From Pristiophorus japonicus (Eukaryota), in contig NC_091992.1 of the NCBI RefSeq assembly GCF_044704955.1, positions 29,946,001 through 30,010,000 on the forward strand: a stretch of DNA of 64,000 bases. Direction: 5' to 3'. A model generated the notes under the pieces. It worked only from the letters and a program-made list of their open reading frames with translations, did not search any database and was not told the DNA's origin. This document shows positions 13,100 through 26,895 of this stretch, in pieces. The translations under genes were made by a program, and so were the position numbers. How positions within the stretch are numbered: position 1 is the stretch's first letter; the number at the start of each line of letters is the position of its first letter.

Positions 13100-13346
13100 G
13101 GTCATGTATCTTACATTATTATATATAACTGTATCCTAACATGCTATACATGACTGTAATAAGATATGACCTGTAACCACCAGCATACCTTACCACCAGG
13201 GGTGCACTTGCAAGAGACAGGTATATAAGGACAGGTCTCAGGCAAGTGCAGCATTCCAAAGCTGTGAAATAAAGGTGCAGGTCCAGAGTGACCTTGACTT
13301 CACAACATGCTCGTGTGAATCTGTACTGAGGGGACAGGACTTTACA
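13100..13346 (+). repeat. 5' LTR of Gypsy 1
   Basis: Direct repeat of 19313-19560 (about 7 substitutions and 1 indel by eye); TATATAA and AATAAA present; first base T>G. Confidence 0.95.
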
Positions 13347-13381
13347 GTGGCGACGGGTTACGGGATTACAGAATCCACAGA

Positions 13382-16300
13382 ATGGCGAACAACGGATCAG
13401 ATGAAAAGTACAATGCGGGAGACAATTGGGAGGACTTTATAGAAAGGCTCCAGCAAAGCTTTGTAACCAAAGACTGGTTAGGCGACGATAAGGCAGACAA
13501 GAGAAGAGCCCACCTCTTGACCAGCTGCGGCTCGAAAACATACGCTTTAATGAAGGATCAGTTGGCACCCGAGAAACCAGCAAGCAAGTCGTTTGAAGAA
13601 TTGAGCACACTGGTAAGAGACCACCTGAAGCCAGCGAGCAGCCTACACATGGCCAGACACAGGTTCGACAACTACAGACGCTGTGTGGGCCAGAGCATAC
13701 CCGACTTCGTGGCGGAACTTCGGAGGTTGGCTAGATTATGTGAGTTCTCCGATGAACTGAGGAGAGAAATGCTGAGAGACATTTTCATTGAAGGAATAGG
13801 CCACGCAGGCATATTCTGAAAGCTCATAGAGACCAAGAACCTGACCTTAGAGGCAGCAGCACTGGTTGCACAGACATTCTTGGTAGGGGAAGAAGAAACG
13901 AGGTTGATTTACAATGCAGGTACGACAACTAACGAAATATTGGAACAAGAAGTTCACAGCACTAAACAAGCTGCTACCCCCACACACAGACAAAACCAGG
14001 AGAACAGGCTCTCGACAGCAGGCAGAAGCCATCAAGGGCCACAGGAACGGCCGTTCACACCTCATCAACCCACAATGCGAGCAATCAACTACAAACTGAG
14101 AGAAGCTCAAGAGAGATCAGCCAGACGCAGCTCATTCTTTGGGAACACTTTAAACAATAGAACAGGTCTGTGCTGGAGGTGTGGGGGTGGGCACTCGTCA
14201 AGGGGATGTCGATTTTAGCAGGCTGTTTGCAGAAATTGTGAATATACAGGTCATTTGGCCCGCATGTGCAAAAAATCGGCAGCTCGGCTGGTATACGAAT
14301 CGGATGGGTTGGAAAGCGGGACAGTACCCGGGACACCGATGTGCAGCGGGTCAACACGATCAATGGCCGCTTCTCCTACAACAGGACGCCTCCTATAATG
14401 ATGAGGGTCCTACTCAACGGGATTTCTGTCAACATGGAGCTAGATACGGGAGCGAGTCAATCTCTCATGGGCACTCAACAATTTGAACAACTGTGGCCGC
14501 ATAAAAGAGACAGACCAAAACTCACAAGGGTCGACACCAAATTAAGGACCTATACCAAAGAAATCGTACCAGTCCTCCGCAGCGCCATGCTCTCTGTCAC
14601 ACACAAAGGGACAGTGAACCGACTTCCCCTGTGGATTGTCCCCGGAGACCCCCCAGCACTGCTGGGGAGAAGCTGGCTGGCAAAACTAAACTGGAAATGG
14701 GATGATGTCCATGCCATGTCATTAGATGAACGGACCTCCTGCTCAGCAGTTATAAAGCGATTTGAACATCTCTTTCAGCCAGTTGTGGGCACTTTCAAAG
14801 GGGCCAAAGTCAAAATCTACATCATACAGGATGCTAGACCGGTCCATCGCAAGGTCAGAGCTGTACCCTTTGTGATGAGGGAAAAGATTGAACACGAACT
14901 AGACAGGCTTCTGCATGAAGGCATTATATCACCTGTGGAATTTAGCGACTGGGCAAGTCCCATCGTCCCAGTCATGAAGCCTGATGGATCCGTACGAATC
15001 TGTGGGGACTACAAATCTACCATAAACAAAGTCTCCCTACAGGACCAATACCCGCTGCCCAGAGCAGAGGACTTATTTGCCATATTGGTTGAAGGTAAAC
15101 ATTTCTCAAAATTAGACCTCACATCTGCGTATATGACGCAAGAATTGACCGAAGAATCCAAGCTACTCACCACCATCAACACACATCGAGGCCTTTTCAT
15201 GTACAATCGATGCCCATTCGGCATCAGGTCGGCAGCTGCCATATTCCAGCGCAACATGGAGAGTCTGCTCAAGTCCATCCCGGGGACGGTTGTATTTCAA
15301 GACGACATACTTATCACGGGCAAGGACACCGACTCCCATCTCCGTAATTTGGAGGAAGTACTAAAGCGGTTGGATCGGGTAGGCCTACGAGTCAAGAAAT
15401 CCAAGTGCCTGTTTCTCGCACCCGAGGTTGAATTTTTGGGCAGAAGGATTGCCGCTGATGGAATCCGCCCAACAGAGTCCAAAGCACAAGCAATTCGCCT
15501 GGCACCCAGGTCCCGGAATGTCTCAGAACTGCGCGCCTTTCTCGGGCTACTCAATTACTTTGGGAACTTTATGCAGAACTTAAGCACGCTGCTGGAGCCT
15601 CTCCTCGTGCTACTCAGGAAGGGGTGCGATTGGTTTTGGGGGGACGCCCAGGAACGTGCCTTCAATCAGGGGAAGTCATAACGGGGAACAAAGAAATGGC
15701 AGACCAATTGAACAAGTACTTTGGTTCGGTATTCACTAAGGAGGACACAAACAACCTTCCAGATATAAAAGGGGTCAGAGGGTCTAGTAAGGAGGAGGAA
15801 CTGAGTGAAATCTTTATTAGTCGGGAAATTGTGTTGGGGAAATTGATGGGATTGAAGGCCCATAAATCCCCAGGGCCTGATGGACTGCATCCCAGAGTAC
15901 TTGAGGAGGTGGCCTTGGAAATAGCGGATGCATTGACAGTCATTTTCCAACATTCCATTGACTCTGGATCAGTTCCTATCGAGTGGAGGGAAGCCAATGT
16001 AACCCCACTTTTTAAAAAAGGAGGGAGAGAGAAAACAGGGAATTATAGACCGGTCAGCCTGACCTCAGTAGTGGGTAAAATGATGGAATCAATTATTAAG
16101 GATGTCATAGCAGCGCATTTGGAAAATGGTGACATGATAGGTCCAAGTCAGCATGGATTTGTGAAAGGGAAATCATGCTTGACAAATCTTCTGGAATTTT
16201 TTGAGGATGTTTCCAGTAAAGTGGACAAAGGAGAACCAGTTGATGTGGTATATTTGGACTTTCAGAAGGCTTTCGACAAGGTCCCACACAAGAGATTAAT

Positions 16301-19260
16301 GTGCAAAGTTAAAGCACATGGGATTGGGGGTAGTGTGCTGACGTGGATTGAGAACTGGTTGTCAGACAGGAAGCAAAGAGTAGGAGTAAATGGGTACTTT
16401 TCAGAATGGCAGGCAGTGACTAGTGGGGTACCGCAAGGTTCTGTGCTGGGGCCCCAGCTGTTTACATTGTACATTAATGATTTAGACGAGGGGATTAAAT
16501 GTAGTATCTCCAAATTTGCGGATGACACTAAGTTGGGTGGCAGTGTGAGCTGCGAGGAGGATGCTATGAGGCTGCAGAGTGACTTGGATTGGTTAGGTGA
16601 GTGGGCAAATGAATGGCAGATGAAGTATAATGTGGATAAATGTGAGGTTATCCACTTTGGTGGTAAAAACAGAGAGACAGACTATTATCTGAATGGTGAC
16701 AGATTAGGAAAAGGGAAAGTGCAACGAGACCTGGGTGTCATGGTACATCAGTCATTGAAGGTTGGCATGCAGGTACAGCAGGCGGTTAAGAAAGCAAATG
16801 GCATGTTGGCCTTCATAGCGAGGGGATTTGAGTACAGGGGCAGGGAGGTGTTGCTACAGTTGTACAGGGCCTTGGTGAGGCCACACCTGGAGTATTGTGT
16901 ACAGTTTTGGTCTCCTAACTTGAGGAAGGACATTCTTGCTATTGAGGGAGTGCAGCGAAGATTCACCAGACTGATTCCCGGGATGGTGGGACTGACCTAT
17001 CAAGAAAGACTGGATCAACTGGGCTTGTATTCACTGGAGTTCAGAAGAATGAGAGGGGATCTCATAGAAATGTTTAAAATTCTGATGGGTTTAGATGCAG
17101 GAAGAATGTTCCCAATGTTGGGGAAGTCCAGAACCAGGGGTCACAGTCTAAGGATAAGGGGTAAGCCATTTAGGACCGAGATGAGGAGAAACTTCTTCAC
17201 CCAGAGAGTGGTGAACCTGTGGAATTCTCTACCACAGAAAGTAGTTGAGGCCAATTCACTAAATATATTCAAAAGTGAGTTAGATGAAGTCCTTACTACT
17301 CGGGTGATCAAGGGGTATGGCGAGAAAGCAGGAAGGGGGTACTGAAGTTTCATGTTCAGCCATGAACTCATTGAATGGCGGTGCAGGCTAGAAGGGCTGA
17401 ATGGCCTGCTCCTGCACCTATTTTCTATGTTTCAATAAGGCACGCAACCTTCTGTGTTCCAACAGTGTTTTGACTTTCTTTGACCCAGGTAAAAAGCTAG
17501 TTCTCACATGCGATGCGTCAGCGTATGGGATCGGGTGCGTTTTGCAACATGTCAATAGTGCGGGCAAATTACAACCCATAGCTTATGCCTCCAGGTCACT
17601 TTCGCGGGTGGAGCGCGGGTACGGAATTGTCAAAAAGATGCACCAATATCTTTTCGGGGCCAAGTTCGCATTAGAAACCGACCACAAGCCCCTCACTTCC
17701 CTCCTATCCGAGAGCAAGGCAATAAACGCCAACGCCTCGGCGCGAATTCAACGGTGGGCACTCATGCTGGCGTCCTACGACTATGCCATAAGGCATCGAC
17801 CAGGCACAGACAACTGTGCCGACGCGCACAGCAGGCTACCCCTGGTGACCACGGAAGGGTCTGACGAACAGGACTGTGAGATAGTCATGGCAATCAATGC
17901 CTTTGAGTCCACAGGTTCGCCCATGACGGCTCGCCAAATCAGAGCCTGGATGGCCAGTGACCCCACATTATTCTTAGTAAAAAGATGTGTCCTAACCGGT
18001 GACTGGGCAGAGGCTCGCGATGCCTGCCCCAAGGAATTAAAACCCTTTCACAGGCGCCTGCGTGAGCTATCACTACAGGCAGCCTGTCTGATGTGGGGCA
18101 GCCGAGTAGTCATGCCTCTGTGAGGCAGAGAGGCATTTGTCCAGGAGCACCACCTCAAGTACCCGGGGATCGTTCTCATGAAGGCCATAGCCAGGTCCCA
18201 CGTCTGGTGGCCTGGTATTGACGCGGACTTGGAGCTCTGCATCCGAAGGTGCACGATTTGTGCCCAACTCAGCAATGCCCCCAGGGAGGCTCCACTGAGC
18301 CCCTGGCCCTGGCCTACAAAACCGTGGTCGCGGGTGCACGTAGACTATGCGGGCCCATTCATGGGCAAAATGTTCCTCGTAGTTGTAGATGCATTTTCAA
18401 AGTGGATTGAATGCATCATTTTAAACTCGAGCACAACCTCCACCACTGTGGAGAGCCTTGCAACCATGTTTGCAATGCACGGAATCCCTGACATATTGGT
18501 CAGTGACAATGGTCCGTGCTTCACCAGCGCAGAATTCCAAGACTTTATAATTGACCACGGCATAAATCACGTCAAGACGGCACCGTTCAAGCCGGCCTCC
18601 AACGGCCAGGCGGAGAGAGCAGTGCAAATCATTGAACATGGCATGCTTAAAATCCAAGGTCCCACGCTGCAGGGTCGCCTGTCGCGACTGCTGCTGGCAT
18701 ACAGATCTCGTCCACACTCACTGACTGGGATCCCCCCCGCGCAACTGTTGATGAAAAGGACTTTAAAAACAAGGCTCTCATTAATCCTCCCAGACATGCA
18801 CGAAATCGTTGAGGCAAAGCGCCGTAAGCTGACTGAGTACCATGACAGAAATTCGACAGGGAGATGGAATGAGATAGGGGACAAAGTGTTTGTACTAAAC
18901 TATGGCAGGGGTCCCAAATGGCTTGTAGGGACAGTAACGGGCAAGGAAGGAAACAGGCTACTGGTAGTACAAATGGGCAATGGCAAAACCTGCCGGAGGC
19001 ATGTAGACCAAGTCAAAAGCAGATTTACCAACAACACTGCAGAACTAGAGGCAGGCTACAATGTGGAACTCGCACCACACCTGGTGGACAGACAGAGGGA
19101 ACAACCTGAGGAAAGGGCAATCCCAATAGACAGTCCAGGCGAGTCAACAACAATCACACCAATCGAAACAGACAGCCCAGGCGAGATACCAGCAACCACA
19201 CCCAAAGAAAAACAGACACCAAGGCAAACCACAACTCAGACGCTCCACGCGAGAGCGTAG
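13382..19260 (+). pseudogene. gag-pol of Gypsy 1 (gag with zinc knuckles, protease, RT, RNase H, integrase), disrupted
   Basis: CWRCGGGH...C knuckle, ELDTGAS protease, VVFQDD RT, CDAS/ETDHKPL RNase H, RVHVDYAGP / SDNGP / SNGQAER integrase. Confidence 0.95.
15667..17430 (+). mobile_element. Young 5'-truncated CR1 LINE inserted in Gypsy 1 pol
   Basis: Uninterrupted ORF2 RT to stop at 17345; TTCTATG tail; TTCAAT duplicated at 15661-15666 and 17431-17436, restoring pol ERAFNKARNLL. Confidence 0.97.
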
Positions 19261-19312
19261 ATCACCTGAGAGACTGAACCTATAAAGACAATAAGACCTT
19301 GGGGGAGGGTGA

Positions 19313-19560
19313 TGTCATGTATCTTACATTATTATATATAACTGTATCCTAACATACTATACATGTCTGTAATAAGATATGACCTGTAACCACCAGCATA
19401 CCTTACCACCAGGGGTGCACTTGCAAGAGACAGGTATACAAGGACAGGTCTCAGGCAAGTGCAGCATTCCAGAGCTGTGAAATAAAGGTGCAGGTCCAGA
19501 GTGACCTTGACTTCACTACATGCCTCGTGTGAGTCTGTACTGAGGGGACAGGACTTTACA
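19313..19560 (+). repeat. 3' LTR of Gypsy 1
   Basis: TG...CA, direct repeat of the 5' LTR. Confidence 0.95.
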
Positions 19561-19924
19561 GTTGCTGCCTTTTCCGTAGTGTTTTAAAGGACTACCAAGG
19601 GAATTAAATATTGCAGAGTTTGTTAAGTACCCTGCAAATTTCCTCCACAAACTCCTTATCCTCTCTTCTCAGGGGCCCTATGTCACATGTGACAATTTTG
19701 TTTTTACTGATACATTTGTAGAATATTTTACAGTTGTCTTTAATTTTTTTGATATTTTCTCATCATACTCCCTCCTTACTTTCATCTATCCTTCCTTAAC
19801 CTCTTTCCTTAGTTTCTCATATTTTTATTTTTTATCATATGCCCACTTGTTCAATTTTAGTTTGCCTCTAAACTTTTTTTTAATCCACAACATTTTGAAA
19901 TTTGAAGTAGTCTCCTTTTGTAAT

Positions 19925-22900
19925 GGTATTGGTTGCCACCCATTTCTCGGCGGTCCCTGGGCGGGAGCTACGTATTTGCCCCCCACTGCCGCCGAGTCCC
20001 GTAGGGAGCAACCTTCGGCCTAGTTTTGTGGGCGGCAGTCGGCAAATGGGAGCGGGAGTGTCCGGCCAGCTTTACTATTGTGCATCAGTTGGAGGCCTTC
20101 CCACTCGGGGATCTCCACTGCGCATGCGCGAGACTTCGCAAATTTTTTATATTTTAGTTTTCTTCTGCCAACGTGACGTCATTTCATGGCAGTTAAAGGC
20201 TGATTGGTGAACTGCGCATTCGCATAAAAGCGGACCACGTTATTCCACCTGTGAGTGGGAGAGGGGAGAGGAGAGAGTTGCAGGTTGGAGAGCAGAGTGG
20301 TGGCATTGCAGAGGGGGCAGTCTGAGTTGCAGAGGGGGCAGTGTGAGAAATTTAAACACACAAACTCTTCAGCAGCCATTCCTCTCATCATTGAGGATGA
20401 GTGACCAGAAATCTTCCATGAAGACTGGCAAAACCAGGCCCAGAGCTCCGTGATTCAATGAACAGGAATTGGAGGAGCTAGTGACAGAGGTGGAGCGCAG
20501 GTACAACGACCTCACCCGGGATGGTTATGGCAAGCTTCCACCAGCCCAGTGCCAATGAATTTGGATGGAGATTGGTGAGATGGTGACTGCAATGAGCAAC
20601 GGTGAGTGGAATGGGGACCAATGCCGCAAACGTTGGAACAATTTGCTGGCAGCAGCTAGAGTGAGTACAAATTTATTCGCTCCCTCCTGTCCAAGGCCAA
20701 AAAGGTTGTGCACCAGATGTGTGCGGTGTGAAAATGGGTGTGGTAGGCATCAGTAAAGGAGCTAAAGGCTGCAACATTTCTTTGTGCAGCAAAAAAAAGC
20801 AACCAACGAGGCAAGCCCGCGTGCGACCGGAGGGGGCTCAGAAGAGGTGGTCGAATTGACCAGGCTGGAGGAGCATGCGTTGACATTGGTGGGTGACCAC
20901 ACACATTGATGCAGATCTGATGCTACCACATGGTAAGGTTATACTAATCTCTGGTGTCAGCGAGGCTCATGGCATGAAAGTACATGCAATGTTAAGGCAT
21001 TCGTGGTTCAACACACACTTTGTCGCCCATTATGTGGCCATGTACAGATGGAAGTCCTTGCTGGCATAATATGAGATGGAACGGCTCACATCTCAGCTTG
21101 ACCAACACCACCCACCCACGCCCCCCATAGACTGAACTGTTGTCCTCTACTTGCAGATGATAACTCGGACAGGATGGATCAAGGGAGACCATCGACCTCT
21201 GGCCTTCAGAGAAGCCGTCAGACCCCAACATCTCCCACCCCGATGTTCTCCACACCCGAAGACGGCGGATCCTTCACCCACGCCTCCCCCCACCCCCACA
21301 TCACCCAATTCCACCGCATCCACCTCCGCCACCCAGGGCCAGGAAGAACAGGAGGGAGAGGAACCGGAACCGGCTGACGGCAGCCTCCTGCCATGTCAGC
21401 CAAGTGTCCGCAGAATCTCGACGTCTTGCTCCAATTTCCTGGGCTTTCCAATGGACTCCACAGACGCAAGCTCTACCAAGCTCAGAGGCCGTGGCTCGAA
21501 GGCAAGCAAGGCGCCAGCACCCAGCAGCAGCGAACAACCACCTGCGGATGCAACACTGCTCTCTGCACTGACTGAGATGCTGCAGCTATCATGCACTAGC
21601 GTGGAGATAGGTCACGATATGCTGCAGGCCATGGCTGGGATAGCTGGCAGCATCGCCACCTTCACCCAGCAGAGGATGGACCGGCTCATTACAGTGTGGG
21701 AGCGCACAATGGAGAGCGTTGAGGCCATGAGGCAAGAGATGGCTTCTGCACACGTAGTGCAAGCCCCCGACCCCACACCCTCAAGGCAAACAGATCCGGA
21801 GGAGCAGGAGATCCCGACGCCTTCGGTCCCACGCGCTCTGCCTTTTCACCAAGACTCACACGTCTGCAGACATCCCGCTGCCCTCCTGCACAACCTTCTC
21901 AACCTGAGGCAGTGAGGGGCAGGAGAGCGGCACACTGTCGTGTAGGAGGGGGGTGGAAGAGGACATTGTGCATCCCTCCAATGGGGGGGGGGGGGGCGGT
22001 GGACAGAGGGGTGTTGCCAGGTAGAGGGGTGGGTGTTGCTCCTGTAAATTTTTTCACATTGAATAATCTTATGTAACCTTTCTTATTGTGCACTTGTAAA
22101 TGCACTCACATTGCTGACCCTGCTCTTGGTGAGTGTGTCATTTTTACGTCATGTGTGGTGCATTGTCCCTCAGGTCATCTGCTTTATCAGGAATATCTTC
22201 CCATCCACATCTGACTGCAGTGTATAATGGGTCCTGTCATCAGGCCATCGCAAGACGACAAGGAAGGGTCACCAATGCAGGAAGGCTACCATTAAATTTC
22301 TCTCACTTTACCCACTTGCAGGGCAGACCTTAAGGCTTGCTCTTCAACCTTCTTTTTGCGAGGCCAAACATGGAGGAGTGCCATGGTCATCAGTTACATT
22401 GCAGTGTCACACAGTTAATGAATCAGCTTGGATGTACAAAATGTGACATGCTGAAGACTTTTCATAATTTTTCCTTCGTCATTGGGCTTCTCAATGAAGG
22501 ACTTTCAGCAAGGCCCAACAAAAAAGCCTCCATCAGCTTAGACACATTTCACTCACTTTTATGACATCCCAATTAAACATCACCATCAGCAGTAAAGTAA
22601 TGCAACATGCACCTAACTTTTTTCCAGCAGTCCCACTCATAATGGTCCATAGGGGGACCCACAAGTTCCTGGTTTAGGTATGCGAAGCACATGCACCTAA
22701 ACCTGGAACTTACGATCTCTCAAGAATTCTCTCGACAGATCGCACGCATCCAAAGTTAAAGGGCCTCCACGTGGGGAGTGCAGTGCTGGGTTATTTGCCC
22801 AACTGCTGCCCAGCCAATGCCCTTGAAATTCTTCGGACTGATAAAAGCAGATGTAAGGCCTGCTTTTATCAGCGTAAGACTTTTAAAGGACAGAAAAATA

Positions 22901-23372
22901 TTTTTTTTTTCAACAATGTGAGTGTTTAAAATTCTATTAAATAAGCTAAGTTTATTTTTATACCGTTTAAAATATGTAAATTTATTTTTCAAAAAATTAC
23001 ATTTTTGTTTTGAATAATTAATTAAATTCCATTTTGATTAATTTTAAATATGTGATTTAAAAATATATATATTTTAAGTGTTTGTGTGTTTTTGGGATCC
23101 CCATTCATACTTATGGTACGGAACTCACCATAAGTATGAATGGGCATTACCCCTACTTTGATTGGTTGGGCCGGCCCATGTGATCCCAGGGACGTGTACA
23201 AAGCGCTTACATGCCTGGAATACGTGCACCTCTATGCAGGCCTTCGCCTAGAGACCCAGGACTGCAAGTCTCCGTACCTCCGGGACCACCAGGACCAACA
23301 GGTAAATTGGTAGAAATTTCTCAGGTTGGAGGTATCCGCCCACGGGAAGCCTCCGACCGCAATTTCTGAGCC
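19925..23372 (+). mobile_element. PIF/Harbinger-like element A carrying a Myb/SANT-like gene; left end undefined
   Basis: Right TIR-like end GCAATTTCTGAGCC at 23372; arm 22630-23372 homologous to MITE 57335-58078; internal spliced Myb-like gene. Confidence 0.7.
20397..21915 (+). pseudogene. Three-exon Myb/SANT-like (Harbinger accessory, NAIF1/MSANTD-type) gene: exons 20397-20660, 20790-20932, 21157-21915
   Basis: RAP*FNEQELEELVTEVERR...IWMEIGEMVTAMS...QCRKRWNNLL | GTGAGT; exon 2 RATGGG...LTRLEEHALTLVG | GTAAGG; canonical AG acceptors; in-frame stops. Confidence 0.85.
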
Positions 23373-23625
23373 GATAACACAATGAGAAAAGTTAATACTT
23401 ACTGTAGATTCATTTCTTAAGAGTATTAACCAAGATTAATACCCTATAATGGGTGAGGATGTCATCTGTGAAATGTGTAAGGAAGTCTTATCGATTCCTT
23501 AAAAATGGGTTTCTAATTTTGTTGCACAAAGCACCATGAGAAAATCTCCACCCCACCCCCACCATGTGGTTCAACATTGGTAAGATTTTAATGTAAATGA
23601 AAAAACCAAAGCTAAAATGTAATTT

Positions 23626-24142
23626 AACAACAACAACTTGCATTTAGATAGCGCCTCTAATGTAGTGAAATGTCCCAAGGCACTTCACAGGAGTATTATG
23701 AGAGAAGAAATTTGACACTGAGCCGCATAAGGAGAATTTAGGACTGGTGACCAAAAGCCTGGTCAAAGAGATAGATTTTAAGGAGCGTCTTGAAGGAGGA
23801 AAGAGAGGTGGTGTTTAGGCAGGGAATTCCAGAGCTTAGGCCCTAGGCAACAGAAGGCACAGCCACCAATGATTGAGCAAATTTAATCAGAGGTGCTCGA
23901 GGGCAGAATTAGAGGAGCGCAGACATCTCGGGGGGTGGGGTTGTAGGGCTGGAGGAGAATACAGAGATAGGGAGGGGCGAGGCCATGGAGGGAGTTGAAA
24001 GCAAGGATGAGAATTTTGAAATTGAGGCGGTGCTTAACTGGGAGCCAATGTAGGTCAGCACGCACAGGGGTGACAGGTGAGCGGGAGTTGGTGCAAGTTA
24101 GGACATAGGCAGCCAAGTTTTGGATCACTTCTAGTTTACGTA
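23626..24142 (-). mobile_element. L2 LINE 3' fragment
   Basis: ORF 23883..24128 IQNLAAYVLT...LHWLPVKHRLNFKILIL; (CAA)n tail at 23626. Confidence 0.85.
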
Positions 24143-24374
24143 GGGGAGAACACTGACAGAAAAACTGTCAAAATCAATGTGGACATGGTCCCTTTAAAGA
24201 AAACGGCTGATGATGCATCATCAAATTACATCATCAGACTTGCTTCCTGTTAATTGGCCGGGAACCTCGCAGGGCAGGATTAACAAGCTCCATCTAGGGA
24301 AGATTGCTTTGAGAGGGTGGAATGGAGCTGGGAGCGTGTTTCCCCACACACCATCGATACCGGCTGCCCCAGTC

Positions 24375-25085
24375 TCACCACAGATGGAGAAATCGCAGCC
24401 TTATTGTCGGAGATGAGGGTAGAAACTGGGGAGAAGGGTTTGAAAAGACGATTAGCAGTGGAGAATACATTCCAGAATGATTCTGGAATAGTGAGAAATT
24501 TTGACAGATGAGAGCAAGATATGATAATGCCGGTCAGATCTATCGGTGAATGGCTAAACCAGTTGTCTACTATATCCATTCAAGTCTGCATCCCTTGGAC
24601 TAAATGGGTTGTACCAGGGGGAACTGCCAGGGTGAGAGAGAGTAATTGTTTTAACAGGGACTAGGGCATCATAGGTGGTGCGAGGGTGTGATTGAGCAGA
24701 TCGGTGGCTGCAGAAATACCATGGTGAATGGAGGGCCACAGGCTGGACAGTTGGGAGTTAAGTGCAGTTGTAAGAGAGTTGGGAGAGAGTTTTTTCCAGG
24801 GGCGGACACAGAAGTAGGTAGGGTTGGGGGGCGGGGGGGGCTGGTGAAAGGGGGATCTGAGTGGAGAGCGGTAGAGGAAATGGTCATAGATGGCCTTATC
24901 TGCAATTGACACGATGGGAGTAGCGAGGCTACGAGAGATGGCAAGGTCGACCGGGTCGCCGTGAATATGGGTTGGGGAATTTACATGCAGGGAGAAATAG
25001 GAGGCTAGTGAACTCAGCGAAGAGGGAGCATGATGAATTGAGATGAATGTTGAAATCACTAAAACTGAGAAGTCGTTCGGTGCAG
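24375..25085 (-). mobile_element. L2 LINE ORF2 endonuclease/linker fragment
   Basis: Minus strand HVNSPTHIHGDPVDLAISR...DHFL, SPWY, NRLF remnants. Confidence 0.65.
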
Positions 25086-25140
25086 AGGCACACTGTTGCT
25101 TAATTTACCTATCAATTAGAATTCGATCAATCACTAAAAC

Positions 25141-25351
25141 TGTTATGTATGTAAACATTATAACTTTAAGATTTGCCACCAGAGGGCGCACCTGTTGGAG
25201 GCCAAGGGGTCACCTGCACACCTCATGCAAGCGAGTATAAAAGGTTGTCTGCCATGCTGCTTTGGCACTCTGGAGTTTTATTAAAGAGACTAAGGTCACA
25301 TCAGTTTAAGCTTGCAGTACTCAGTCTTGTGGAGTTATTCTAAACATAACA
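25141..25351 (+). repeat. 5' LTR of Gypsy 2
   Basis: TGTTATGT...ACATAACA; TATAAAA; ATTAAA; direct repeat of 32600-32812. Confidence 0.95.
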
Positions 25352-26895
25352 ATTGGCGACGAGTAACATATCCCGAACTTTCACGTGGTCATGGCTGCCG
25401 TTGGTGTTCTTGAGCGATTTGTAGAGAGTGATGATTGGGAAGCCTTTGGTGATCGTCTCGACTAGTACTTCATGGCCAACGGGCTGGATACGCTCGATAC
25501 AGCGATCAAGCGCAGGACGATTCTCCTCACCGTTTGTGGGTCTACAACATACGGCCTCATCAAGCATCTGCTAGCACTGACGAAACCAACAGAAAATAAA
25601 TTTGCAGAGTTGTTTACGCTGGTTCGGGAACACCTCAAGCCGAAGGAGAGCATCTTAATGGCCAGGTATCGCTTCTATATGCACCATCGCTCTGAGGGCC
25701 AGGACGTGATGAGTTATGTCGCCGACCTAAAACGCCTTGCGGGACCTTGTGATTTTGCTGGCTATTTGGGGGAAATGCTGCGGGACTTTTTTATGCTTGG
25801 AATCGGCCATGAGGTCATTCTTCGCAAGCTGTTGTCTGCCGAATCCCCAGACCTGAACGAGGCCATCACGATAACCCAGGCTTTCATGTCCACGAACAAT
25901 AATACTAAACTGATATCTTCTCAGCTAAGAAGCTCACCGGCAATTACTGTATATAAAATAATGCCGTTAGCAGGCAGAACTGTACATGGCAGGGCCTACA
26001 CGTCTGTAGCTGCAAGACCTAGGATAACTCAGAGTCTGCATTGGGGCGTGAATGCAAATCCATTAACACCATGTTGGCGCTGCGGAGGTAATCATAGAGC
26101 CCATCACTGTCGATTCAAGCACTACGTGTGCAAAGGCTGCGAAACAATCAAGCACCTCCAGCAAATGTGCAAGCGTGCTGCAACTTACCACGTGGCAGAG
26201 TCGGCAGAAGATGGTCGATCCGAAGTGGATCACGCAGAACGAGTAAGAGAGGCAACTCAACCCGAGGTCGAGGAAGAAGTGTATGGGGTACACACCTTCA
26301 CCAAGAGCCCTCCTATAATGCTAAAAGTCAAATTAAATGGCATTCCAGTTTCCATGGAGTTGGACACGGGGGCGAGTCAGTCAATTATGAGCCAGAAGGC
26401 TTTTGAGAAACTGTGGGGCAACAAGGCACAAAGGCCCAAACTAAACCCGATTTTTACAAAGTTGTGCACTTACACCAAAGAGCTTATACCAGTCATTGGC
26501 AGTGCGACAGTGAAGGTATCGTACGATGGAGCTGTGCATGACTTATCACTGTGGATTGTACCAGGCGATGGCCCAACGCTGTTCGGCAGAAGCTGGCTAG
26601 GAAAAATTCGATGGAACTGGGATGACATCAAAGCACAATCTTCGGTGGATGACACCCCGTGCGCTCAAGTGCTGAGCAAATTTCTGTCGCTATTTGAACC
26701 AGGCATCAGCAACTTCACAGGTGCCAAGGTGCAGATCCATCTACTCCCTGGTGCACGGCCTGTTCATCACAAGGCCTGAGCAGTTCCATATATGATGAGG
26801 GAGAAAGTCAAGATCGAACTGGATAGACTTCAACGAGAGGGAATCATATCTCCAGTTGAATTCAATGAGTGGGCCAGCCCAATTGTTCCGGTGTT

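Larger units (their letters stand above)
13100..19560 (+). mobile_element. Full-length Gypsy (Mag-type) LTR retrotransposon 1, with CR1 insertion
   Basis: LTRs 13100-13346 and 19313-19560; TSD GTTGC (13095-13099, 19561-19565); PBS TGGCGACG at 13348; PPT GGGGGAGGG before the 3' LTR. Confidence 0.97.

Noticed and set aside
15624-17345. 573-aa ORF as a novel host gene
   Set aside because: It is truncated CR1 ORF2 with a chance upstream start in Gypsy sequence.
22130-22570. Transposase remnant in element A
   Set aside because: No Harbinger DDE motifs found by eye.
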